DNA of 64,000 nt from Sminthopsis crassicaudata (Eukaryota). The DNA is taken from positions 473,273,644 to 473,337,643 of the forward strand of contig NC_133619.1 of NCBI RefSeq assembly GCF_048593235.1. The letters run 5' to 3'. Below the pieces are notes generated by a model that was given only the letters and a program-made list of their open reading frames with translations, did no database searches and was not told the origin of the DNA. A program made the translations under genes and the position numbers. Shown here piece after piece: positions 27,648 through 39,213 of this stretch (position 1 is the stretch's first letter; each line of letters begins with the position of its first letter).

Positions 27648-28943
27648 CTAAAATCAAGAAAAACAAAATAGGAAAATAGGAATGAAAAATACGACATATA
27701 CTTTATATTTTATTGCATATGCACTTAAAAGTATAGACAAATTTCCCAAAGGTCTATTCAAAATAAATTTTAGTATAGATTCATGTGTAGTAAAAAACTA
27801 TGCTTATGGGTCAAGTGATTCTGCTTTTTTTACCTCCATCCTTTACAGAAGAAAATGAGAAGAACTGATTTTTGGATCAATAAGTGATAATATTAAAAAT
27901 AACATTTGTGGTCTACTGCTTCCCTTTATCTGTACAGTCCTGTTCCTCCCACCACAATTCAGCTCCTTGCACTATCTACACAATGCAGGCCAAACTTCAT
28001 TTGAAGGTCTTCACTATCTTGCTCATTCTAATTTACCTTTCTATTTTAATCACCTACTGATTCTTTAAATGAATTCAATATCAATTTGCAATGTTCTCCA
28101 GAGATCTACTATACTTACAAATTTCCACACTAACTTTTTGTTTGGAATTTCCTTCCATTCAGTTCAATTATTAAGGGTCCCACTTAAATTCCACATAAAA
28201 ATACTTTCATTATTACCATGCCAAATAAAAGCCACCTATTCCTTCCCCTTAATGCTATATCTCTTGGTTTGTACAATTCATATGGAAGTTATACATATTG
28301 CACTACAAATATTTTGTCTTCATGATTTATTTTCCTTACATGATTATAAACTCCTTAATGTGAAGAAATAGTGTCTTATACTACCTTTATGCACAAATGA
28401 ATACTTTGCTAAGTGGGATATGATCAATGGATATTGAATTAATGAATCAATGACCTTTAATAAATTCAGAGGGTTTTGTTTTGTTTTTGCTTTCTTTTTG
28501 GTGATGGAATGGGCGGATTAACATTTAAAAAAAAAATTCAATGAGATCCTTAGAGAGTTCTTCCATTAAATCTAATTTCTTCATTTTAAAAGTTACAGAA
28601 AACAAGTGAGGTTTTCTCATGGTCCAAAGGTAGGTAAATTAGGATACAATTCCATGCAATTTAACTATACAAAACCCAAGTGCAGCTTAGTCATGCTGTT
28701 TCTATTAGTTGATGGTACCAAGAATGGCATATTATATGCAGAAAGACTGGGGAAATGAAAACATCTTAGATTTAAGAAATATATAAAGGAATATTTCACA
28801 GTAAGCATTTTTAAAAGTATTTAAATAATTATATCTACATTTTTTTCTCTTTTTAGAGGAATTTTCATTTTAGGTGAAGTTATATTGAAAGGTAACTTCT
28901 ATTCAGAACATGAAAGTAATTTTTCTTAAAATGGAATGGTTAA

Positions 28944-29680
28944 ATCCCAAAGAAATACTAAAGAAGGGAAAGGGACCTGTATGTACTAAAATGTTTGTGG
29001 CAGCCCTTTTTATAGTGGCTAGAAACTGGAAAATGAATGGATGCCCATCAATTGGAGAATGGTTGGGTAAATTATGGTATATGAATGTTATGGAATATTA
29101 TTATTGCTCTGTAAGAAATGATCAGCAGGATGAATATAGAGAGGCTTGGAGAGACTTACATCAACTGATGCTGAGTGCAATGAGCAAAACCAGGAGATCA
29201 TTATACACGTCAACAACAATACTGTATGAGGATGTAATGTGATGAAAGTGGTTATCTTCAACAAAGAGAAGATCTAATTCAGATCCAATTGATCAATGAT
29301 GGACAGAATCAGCTAGACCCAGAGAAGGAACACTGGGAAATGAGTGTAAACTGTTTGCATTTTTTTTTCTTTCCAGGTTATTTTTACCTTCTAAATCCAA
29401 TTCTTCCTGAGCAGCAACCAAAAAAATTCGGTTCTGCACACATAATATCTAGGATATACTATAACATATTTAACATGTATGAGAATGCCTGCCATCTAGG
29501 GGAGGGAGTGGAGGGAAGGAGGGGAAAATTTGGAACAGAAGTGAGTGCAAGGGATGATAATGTTATAAAAAATTACCCATGCATATGTAGTCAAAAAAAT
29601 ATATAATTATAAAATTAATTAAAAAAACAAATTAAATTTTAAAAATAAAATTAAAAAAACAAACAAACAAAAAAAAAAAG
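28944..29680 (+). mobile_element. 5'-truncated LINE-1 with 13-bp exact TSD
   Basis: ORF 28910..29242 carries KMFVAALF..RNWK. TSD atggaatggttaa at 28931-28943 and 29681-29693. Confidence 0.93.
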
Positions 29681-30146
29681 ATGGAATGGTTAAGACCTAG
29701 CACAGGACTAGACAAATCAAAGTCATTAATAAAGGATTGTTGATTAGTTATAGGCCTTAAATGATTTTAGAACCAATAGTTTATTCCAATCATTTAACTC
29801 TAAAATCAGCACCCCAAATATTCAACAATTTATTATTTTTCCACATAAAATTTGTATAATTGTGACCTGTCTTGTGATAAAAGTGATAGTAAGAGTTCAA
29901 AGAACAAACCTGAATAAGTAGACATACAGGTAAGCCCACATAAAGTCTTTTTGTTAAGAGCCTCTTAGAAACTACAGGGCACACACAGTATGAACATCTC
30001 ATACTGGGAGCTTGTGGAGGAGGTGGTTAAGTGGCTAGTGATAATTTCTGAGTTTCGTGATAGTAAGAATGTTTCAGAATCTAAGAATACCCACTATAAT
30101 GTAGCATAAATTTTCTGTAATGTTATTATGCTACATTCTATAATCT

Positions 30147-30303
30147 GGGGAGCGAGGTGGTACAGTGGATAGAGCATCAGCCCTGAAGTCAGGAGGATCT
30201 GAGTTCAAATTGGAACTCAGACACTTAACACTTCCTAGCTGTGTGACCCTGGGCAAGTCACTTAATCCCAATTGCCTCAGCAAAAAACAAAAACACCAAA
30301 AAA
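30147..30303 (+). mobile_element. WSINE1-like tRNA-derived SINE
   Basis: Pol III A box (ggtggtacagtgg) and B box (gagttcaaat), core ...gtgaccctgggcaagtcactta..., A-rich tail. Confidence 0.88.
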
Positions 30304-31213
30304 TACTACAGTCACTGTAAAAGAAAACAAAAACACCCAAACTATCTTTGGTAGAAATTCAGACACAAGTAACTGAATATATAAAAAGGTAAATAGAACA
30401 ATTTGAGAGATTAAATACTGAAGGGTAACTATTATCTGATTGTTTTGGGTATAAATAAAACTCCTCTCTTAGATTGACTTGCATTATAGGGGGTGTGGGG
30501 GGGAACTCCACTAGAATACAAGAGCACAAAAAAATTTTTTTTTTCCTATCAAGTGTCATTGACTAAGTAACATTTACTGGTGACTATATAAGTGAGAGCT
30601 AATTTTTACAAAATATTAACTCAATTTTAAAATTAAAAAAAAAAAAAAAACAAATAATAAAACTATTGCAAAAAATATAAAAATATACTCCAATACCATC
30701 ATGCACTTTTCTGTACTGTCTTCCACAATTCAAATGACCTCTTTGAAATCAGAGACAGGCTTTCCTTTTGCTTGTTTTTTTTAATCCTCATTATTTAAAT
30801 AGCACAGAACCTGGAAGGCAGTAAATACTTAAATGCTAATTTCCTTTCTTCTTTCCTAAAAGCTTGTCTATTTACTTAGCATCCTCATTTCTATGGGTAG
30901 CCATATTATCAAAGCCAATCAGTCTTGAATCCTGAAAATTATTTGACTCTAGTCTTTCCTTCTTCACTTCCAAATCCAATGGATTAAGTCCTGTCCATTT
31001 TACAAATGTTCTAGATCTAGCATCATTTTTACTTCCCAATTTAATATACTAGATCAGAAGCTGAATCACCTTTGGCCTATAATAATTCTCCTACCTTGAA
31101 TCTGCTGCTGTTATTTCCCCTCTACAGTCCATCCTTGCCATCCAAGTTAAAGAATCATCTTAATGCACTGATCTAATCACAATTTCTCCATTCAAAAAAT
31201 TATTAGTCTCTAT

Positions 31214-31721
31214 TGAAGAGGTTGAAAGGACATAGCCCAAGATACAAATGATTAACAGGCAATTCCTGTCTTTGAAGAGGTTAAAGGAAATAACCTGAGA
31301 CACAAATGATTAACAGAATTTTACATCCTTAAGAGAAATTCTTGTCTTATTTACAAATCTCTCCAGAACTTCTTTGATAACATCTCTATATCCGAAGGAA
31401 GCAGAAAAGTCCTTTTCAAATACAAACTTTGTTTTATGACCCTGATTGTGTATAAAATGAATCTCCAAAATTCTTGCACTAAGCTTTTTTTCCTTATCTT
31501 ATGCCCACTGACTTTGCTGCAGCATCCCCTTTCAGGCAGTTTGGCCTTTCTCCCTGGAGGCCAATTGCCTGCCTATCCCTTTACTTATCAATAAAGACTT
31601 TGTTTTAACACAGCATTGAGTAGCGAATTCATTAGCTAAATGGACCTGACCTTGGTACTTAGGAGGAAAAGAAAGCATTGAACCATCTTTCCCATTGAGC
31701 CCCATTTTTTCGTCCTCATCA
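31214..31721 (+). mobile_element. Solo ERV LTR, 508 bp, with perfect 5-bp TSD
   Basis: TG...CA termini; TCTAT at 31209-31213 and 31722-31726; AATAAA at 31590-31595. Confidence 0.88.
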
Positions 31722-32512
31722 TCTATTGCCTATTAAAAAAAGACACAAATCCTGCATAATTTAGTTTCAACTAACCTCTTTAGCTTTATTTCATAATACT
31801 CTAATAAAACTGGGCACCTTCCTGGCCCCTCCATTCTCTTTCCATCTTTTCCATCCTATTCTCTTCCATCCCTGATGTACCTAAGAGCCTGTAAAAGCCT
31901 TCTTCATTTCTATCTCACATTCAAAGTTGCCCTCATATCTCTATCTACTGACATCCTTCTCCTTCAAGGCCTGCTTCAGATGACTCTTCCTTCATAAAGT
32001 CTTCTGATTTACTTCTTCTCCATTAATGTCATAAAGTCACTATTTCTCCCCTTCGACGAATTTAATAATTTTCCAACTATAGTTGTTTACACCCCTAGAG
32101 TAGAAGAATTGTTTAAAAAAAGTTTCAGTGCTACTCATATAATAAAGGCTTAAAGGAAATAAAAACTTTGTTGTACTGAAGTGAGATATATGGGTAAAGA
32201 GCTTGCCTACTTTTAATCCCATGATTTATGATTTATACTTAAAATAGAGGTTTACTTTCCTGTGACATTCTGAAAGTGTATGTATACTTAAAAATGATAT
32301 GGGTCTAGAAAATGACTGAAAAGCTAAAAGTACATTTTTCAATTTACAATTCTACTCCTGAAAATTCTATTGACATTAAAAAAGCTCTCATATTATTTTT
32401 ATTTACATTATCCTTTAAGGGATTATGAAGTAATGGCTTCTAAGAGACTAGTTCAGAATGTGAAAAATTTACAAAGGTGTTGTCATAGCCACAGAGGGAA
32501 AATTTCTTTTAA

Positions 32513-32937
32513 TGAGGGAAAGAAAAGGGGGAACCCCATTTATTGGCGCATAGATCCCATGAGGCGCAGTGTCCCCTGTAAATGAATTTACAGGCCCGAA
32601 AACCTAGATTGATAAATAAAAGGTTTATTGTAGGAATTTGGAAGTAAAGTTCAGTTAGAAAGACGCCAGGGCCAAATGTGGCTGTTGGCGGGCAGGGACC
32701 CCTACATGGCTGGAAGGGCTCCTGCAAAGAGGGCGTTCCAGCTTGTTTCTTTTATACCTAGAAGATGATGGGCAGTACCCAGTTCTGTTAGCCCAGATCA
32801 GGTGAGGGCTGGGGGAAGCTGAGCTGAGAGTGGGGGGCTGGGCCCGGATATTCAAAGGGTGCCTTTGACCAGGATTTGTGAATCAAGGTCAGTCATGGGT
32901 TGGGCAATTAGGAATCTTAAAGGGACCCCAACCCTCA
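32513..32937 (-). mobile_element. Solo ERV LTR, 425 bp, GC/CpG-rich, sense to PDS5B
   Basis: Inverted termini TGAGGG...CCCTCA. Minus-strand TATAAAA at 32750-32756 and AATAAA at 32624-32629 and 32539-32544. Imperfect 4-bp TSD (ttaa/ttac). Confidence 0.75.
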
Positions 32938-33697
32938 TTACTTTATTTCATCAGAAGACCTAGAGACTGATCCAGGTGATCTAGCTAAAGTTGTGAATGA
33001 AGAGACACTACTTAAAGGTCAGAGGCAAGAAGACACAGGCAGGGTCTAGAATTAGGGAGGAGTTAAGTAGGATTCTGGTCAAGAGAGAATTTGTATGTGC
33101 ATTAAGTCTACATCAGCAACACTGGATGGGAACAGAGGAATAGGGACAGGCTAAAAGAAGACAACCAGGGTGCTTTCATCACAATAGATACTTGTAGGGT
33201 AAAAGTACGCTCTGTGCAAGGAAGGGAAAAAAAGTATATTCTAGTGCATGGAGGGGAAGAGTCCCTTATCTGCAGGGTCTTTACTGATTTGGTGAGTTGG
33301 GCAAGCCTTGTCATGCTGACAAGATAACACTCTCACAAATGTGGCTTTCCTTTGTATGAGGTTAGCAAAGAGTAGGCTCCCTTAGAGTTCACATCAATCA
33401 GAAAAGCCTAATTTAATGATTGTTAAATGTTTCCTTTAGAGCCAATATTTAATTGCTAAATCCCCTTCCCCCTGCCCTCAAAATACAGACACCTGCACAT
33501 ATACATACACACTCATGTACATGCAATAAGCTTTTTTTTTTTTTTAGGCATAGCTGACCCTTAATAGAAATATTCTATAGTAAAAAGCAAAGAAAAATTT
33601 AAAAAAGAAATAGATGAATACTATTGTTTAAAACTGTTTAACTGCTAACATAAAAACTTTTATCCCTGAACTCTCAAAGGGACCAACTTATATAAAC

Positions 33698-34134
33698 TGA
33701 GATCTTGGGGAGGGGAGGCAGGGGAAGAGTAGTCCTGGGTTAATAATCTCAAACCCCTCTGAAAGGGGCCCCACCCTCCAGTTCATTGGGGAAATTCCCA
33801 GATAAGTAATCTCATTCTACTGGAAATCTCCGCCTGGGGCATGGTCAAGGCCCTCTATTGAGTTGAAAATTAGTCCTTCAAATTGCTCCCAAGCTCCAAA
33901 TAGCAAAGAAACTCAATAAAATCAAATGCTAGTGTGCCCAGATCTTTGCAAAAGTCCTAACAGGATTTTGCCCCCTAAGAAAGTTATTTTCTTAGCTTAA
34001 TAAATCCATTCTTGTTACAAACCTCAAGCCTGTATTCATTGGGGTTTAAGAATTCTTTCCCAAAACCTGTGCAACCAGCCAACGGGACCCCCATTGCTGC
34101 AGGGGACCTCCCAACCTTCATTTCTCACATCTCA
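33698..34134 (+). mobile_element. Solo ERV LTR, 437 bp
   Basis: Inverted termini TGAGAT...ATCTCA; AATAAA at 33999-34004; imperfect TSD (aaac/acac). Confidence 0.72.
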
Positions 34135-34299
34135 ACACAATGATAATACAACAAACACACCAAGGCATTTATCTAGCTGTCAGCATTATCTGACATAGTT
34201 TTTGCCACTGTCAATTTAAAATAAGGAGCTACAAGCAGTACTCAACTTCATTTTAATCCTGACCAAGTTGGTTAAGTAATTTTCAATTGAGTATCAGTG

Positions 34300-34812
34300 T
34301 TGGAGATCTTCAGTGGACATCTGTCATGCCACTGTGTTCAGTATTCATATACCCTAGTTATCATCCAAAATGAACGAGATGAGGACAGGATGTCAGGAGA
34401 GGACAGTTGTGAAAATCGAGTAAGGCTTCAGAGTCTGAATAAGCCTGAAGGTCTTTGAGCATTGATACTTAAGTCCCTTTCCTGTTATACTCCCATAACA
34501 TCATTTTCTCCTTATTTCAATCAAATATGGGCAACTATGTACTTATTGGTTCAATTTCTTGGGTAGTTCCTGTGTTTAGACCCTCAGCCAATGAGGATGA
34601 CAGTCAGTGGTGGGAGGGGGTGTTTGCATTAGGGATTATTTAAAGTGTAGGTAAAACCTGTCCCAGAAGATGCCTCTTCCCTTTGATTGCCTGCTTCACA
34701 GGTGGAACATCCGATTCTCGAAAGAACACATAATAAACTTTGGCTTTGCTCCTAGAGAGCTCTCCAGCTTTTTATTAAATGGTGACCCCCCCTCACCATT
34801 CTGAGCCACACA
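34300..34812 (+). mobile_element. LTR-like remnant
   Basis: GC-richer island with a TATA-like motif and AATAAA at 34732-34737 followed by U5-like sequence. Termini not resolved. Confidence 0.45.
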
Positions 34813-35738
34813 AAAAGAAATGTCATGTTACAAACCATTTAATTCCAGTAGCTTTTAGCAGATCACGGACAACATGGAAATAACTTAGTTCAATACAAAA
34901 TTGGAATACTCAGCAGTCAGTGTTGGGTGAATGCTCCCTGGGCATTTGGTTTAGCCTATAGCTGGAAAGAATAACCTCACCTCTTTCCAATAGGTTTCCC
35001 CCACCCAGAGTTTGCCTCTGAAATGCCTCTCAGGAGGGCCAGCCAACTGTACCCAGCCTGGTAAGGAAGTTTTTCTTGATTTCAAGCTTTAATTTGCATC
35101 TTTGCAAACTTGCAATGCCTGGTCTAATTCACCTTCCCCCATAACCCTTTAGCCACTTGAAGATAGCTGCCATAACCCCTCCATCCCCTATAAGCTTATC
35201 TTTACATTCAGAATCTCCAATTCCTACAGCCAGGCCCAATATTTCACATGAACTCCCTCTCATCAGTCTGAGATAAACTGCTCTATGTGGCAGAGCACCC
35301 ATAGATCACACCATGAAATTTCCAGTAGGATCTGGATTCTGCTTGAAATCTGTCATTGGTTTCTTAAATGACTAGTTAACAGAGAAAGAACTTAGAAAAT
35401 GCAGGTGATGAAAAGGTTAGTGTACTTTTGTATTCTGCTATATATAAGAATGCAGTGGAACAGTATGTTGTAATTTACAAACAATTTCATTGTCAAAACA
35501 CTGTAAGATTGGGCAGGTTTAACTTATTTAACTTTTGCTAATTTTCCTAAAATATTTGTGAAGTGTTTTATATTGTTTTTTAGGAAAACAGACCAAATAA
35601 AAATAGGGAAAAAATTACATAAATTACATGATTTTAGAACTGTTTACACTAATAAAATGGTGGGAGAAATAAATAAAATAAAATAAGAAGCTAGACAAAA
35701 GATGTGCAAAAAATTCTAACCCTTATTATAGAAAATAT

Positions 35739-36239
35739 TGTTGATGGAGGCTGAATAAGACCCTAAGTCTATGACTACCCCAGAGGTTTTATTTCCCCTA
35801 TAAAAGACCAATTCACACTATAAACCCTAGTTGATACCTATTAGATCCTAATTCCTTTTTAGGGTTAGGCCTGCTAGTCAATGGTCTTAAATCAACCTTA
35901 TGGTGGATCATCTTATCATGCTTAACTGCCTAAATTCTTTCTGAGGATTTGTTTGCTTTTTTGGAGCTGAGGGTGCATTAGGAACTTGCTGTACCATAAT
36001 GGTGTCTTCCCCTTGATTAATTTTGAGTTCCACTAGAGAACTTGTCTTTTTCCTTGCTGATTGCTAAAATCCCCTTTATTTGCTAAAAACCCTTATAGAG
36101 TTAGCCCACTATGGGAAGCATAATAAACTCTTTGCCTTTTGATTTGAAGAAGGTCTAAACCTACAAATTCTTTTAAGACAACATGCAACACTGACCTGAG
36201 ACTCCAATACATTTTTGGAGTTATACCCCCTTATCCCCA
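35739..36239 (+). mobile_element. Solo ERV LTR, 501 bp, with 4-bp TSD
   Basis: TG...CA termini; ATAT at 35735-35738 and 36240-36243; AATAAA at 36122-36127. Confidence 0.75.
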
Positions 36240-36455
36240 ATATTACTATGAGTTTCCAGGGTTTTAAAAATTTCACCCAAATAAAAAATATAGTTTAAGT
36301 TTTAAACCATACTATTGCTCTAGTTGATAACAAGTTCTGAGATTGGTCATGATTATATTTTCCTGGGAAAAACAAAAGATTAGAAAAATTTGGTCTTATG
36401 AGAAGTATTTATACTTGCTTAAAAAGTGAACACAAATGGAGTAAATTCAACTCAC

Positions 36456-36616
36456 GATCTGATATGTGGAAAGTCTTCCTCAATTTTGCTTCCTGTATTT
36501 TTGAAAATTTGTAATGCAGCTTCTGCTACTTTTTCATCATCCATTTTTAGGCAAGCCAAAAGAGATTCAAAAGTTTCCGCCGAATGAAATGAGATAGGAT
36601 GTGTAAATGAGAGTAC
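36456..36616 (-). CDS. PDS5B: PDS5B exon (~19), 161 nt, [53 protein letters not shown](S)
   Basis: ttttaag|GTACTC...AGATC|gtgagt; manual translation. Confidence 0.96.
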
Positions 36617-39107
36617 CTTAAAAAAAATTTTTTAAAATGTTTATTACATTTGTATACCTTTATAAATATTACCAAACTAGAAATGTTATCTAACAAACAC
36701 ATTAGTGCTAATGTGTATGAACCAGGCCTAACAAAACTTTTGACACTCAATTTCTTCATATATATGATGAAATGGTTAGAATAGATTTCTGAGTTCCCTC
36801 CCAACTCTTAACATTCAGTGATTCTCCTACCAACCATACATTTAATGAAGAGTGGTAAAAAACATTATTGACTTTAGTTTATAACACTTTATTCCAGTGA
36901 TATTATAGCTAAACTAGCCATACACAGTGGAGAACTGATCTTAGTTTTCAAAAGGTCAAGGAAAAGTTTTTGGAAACATTACTTCAATAAGTAGTTTATT
37001 TTTAATAATTCTATCACCAGAAGATATATATAAAAATCATATAAAAATCCTTTAAATGATAATTTGGGACTACTACTTAAATGAAAACTAGCACAATATC
37101 AATTTCTTATTTCCCCTACCTTACTGCTATAAATTTCTTATGAAGGATAACAATTCATACTCATATTCCATAAAATTAACAGTCTATTTGTCTGCTTCCC
37201 CTTCCAACTTTTTGATTATTCTTTCTTGTATTTTATTAATTTCTCTTTTTATTAATATATTTTATTTATATAAATTTATTTACATATTTATATAAAATAT
37301 ATTTTATTAATTTCTCTTTTTAATCCCAGTCACTCTCCAAGGTTTAGTTTTTGGCCCCTTGCAGTAAAAATTAAAAGTTTTTGGGAAGTTCATACATTTT
37401 CACAACTTCAGATAATCCAGAATATGAGATGGGAGCAGGAAAAATATGATGGACTTGAAAGACTCTAGTTTCAGATCCCACCTCTGATATGTAATTAAAC
37501 TCTTTGGTCACAGACAAGTCTTTTAGTTTTCTTCATCTATAAAATGGGGGTAATAATTACAATGCTTAAATCACATGATTTTTGTTAGGTTTAAATGAGA
37601 TAATGTAAAGGACTAAGACGACCTTAAATGCCAGTTCTTGTTTTTATATTATCTCATTTGCCTCTTAATTTAATAGATGAAAAAAGTGACACCCAAAGAA
37701 GTAAAATGAAGACTCCCCAGATCAGATCAGTAAGTGATAAAGCAGGGCCTATATTCTATACTTAACATGCTGCCTAATGCTAAATTACTTTTCATCCTCA
37801 ATGTATTATCATAAGCTTCAGCGACTATAAAAGATTAGATATTAAGTTACTGCCTCAGATATATAAAGGCAGATAAAAGAGTATTGGGTATGGATTCGTG
37901 AAGACCTGAATGCAAATCCTGCCTCAAATAATGGCTAGTTATGTCACTCCAGACAAGTTATTTCTTTCAGTCTCAGGTTCCTCAAGTGTAAAATGAGATT
38001 GATAACAGCAAGTTCCTCAGAAGGTTGTTTTGAGGATCACCTTAAGTAACACAGATAAAAGTTGTCTTTGTAAATTTAAACTACTAAATAAACAACAACT
38101 ACTATTATTGCATAGTTTAAGCTAAATTCACTACTTTCTCCTTTCTTTCCATCATTGCATTCTCTATCAATGGCATAGCCATCCCCTGGAAACTTATTGT
38201 ATAGTTCACACATTGAAAGTTTTCTTTAATTACTCCCTTTCTCTCATCATGTTTGTTACAACAGTTTCAAATCCTACCTATACCCCATTCTAGGTGGCTC
38301 CCAGATTCAGTAATTCTTCCTGCATAGGAAACAGAGACTCAAACAGAGACTCACAGACTTAAATGACTTGTCATGCTAAGTGTTGATTGGGGTTCAAATG
38401 CAATGCTCTTTATGTTTTATCATCTTCTTTAATTAAGTACATTTTAAAATTCCTGAATCAAAGGACTAAATCAAAGATTGAGGAAAGTTATAACATAAAT
38501 TTTAAGTTCCCTCCCCATTGGAAATAATAACTTTATGCAGAGCCATCCCTTTGTGGGTAATAACAAGCAATTAAGAACTTGATAGGCAGAGTCACAGATT
38601 GGATGGATAGATAGCCATGACACATTCCTCACCTGGTAATTTAAGTAGGCTAAGGGGAGATAGGCCATATAGCCTTAGAGTTTCACACAAGTTTCCACAA
38701 GTACATATCTAAATATGATATTTAAATATACAGTAACTTTTTAAAAAATGTTGTTTTATATAGAAATATAGAAATTTTTATATAGAAATATTAATAGACC
38801 AGTTTAAATTTCACCAAGTTAAACTAGATATGAGACTGGAATTACTCTGTTACATAACAGTATTACACAGACCAAGTAACTCTTAGTCTGGAAAAGTACA
38901 CATATATAAGTTTAAAGGAAGAAATGCATAATTTCCATTACATATAGAATCATAATAAGACTATGTTAAATGTATTAACAATATTATATGTGTGACAGGT
39001 AGCAGGGATACAAATAAAAAGAATGGAAAAATAAACCAACTAATAAGGAGCCTTATGTTTTAAAAAGGAAGACATAAGACTGCATTCAATGTCAAAAATA
39101 TACTTAC

Positions 39108-39213
39108 CTTAAGCAATTCAAGGCCTGCCCTGATTGCCTGATCAGTTGGAACACCCTCATCTTCGTCATCTGCTGTTCCATCAATTGACTTGTTCACTTG
39201 CTTAATAAGAGCA
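39108..39213 (-). CDS. PDS5B: PDS5B exon (~18), 106 nt, (S)[35 protein letters not shown]
   Basis: ctttag|TGCT...AAG|gtaagt; manual translation. Confidence 0.96.

Noticed and set aside
32544-32560. TGGCG as a possible retroviral primer-binding site
   Set aside because: It lies inside the LTR on the wrong strand and does not extend as a tRNA 3'-end complement.
38330-38800. Short tandem duplications (aaacagagactc x2; ttttatatagaaat x2)
   Set aside because: Ordinary slippage in AT-rich intron sequence.
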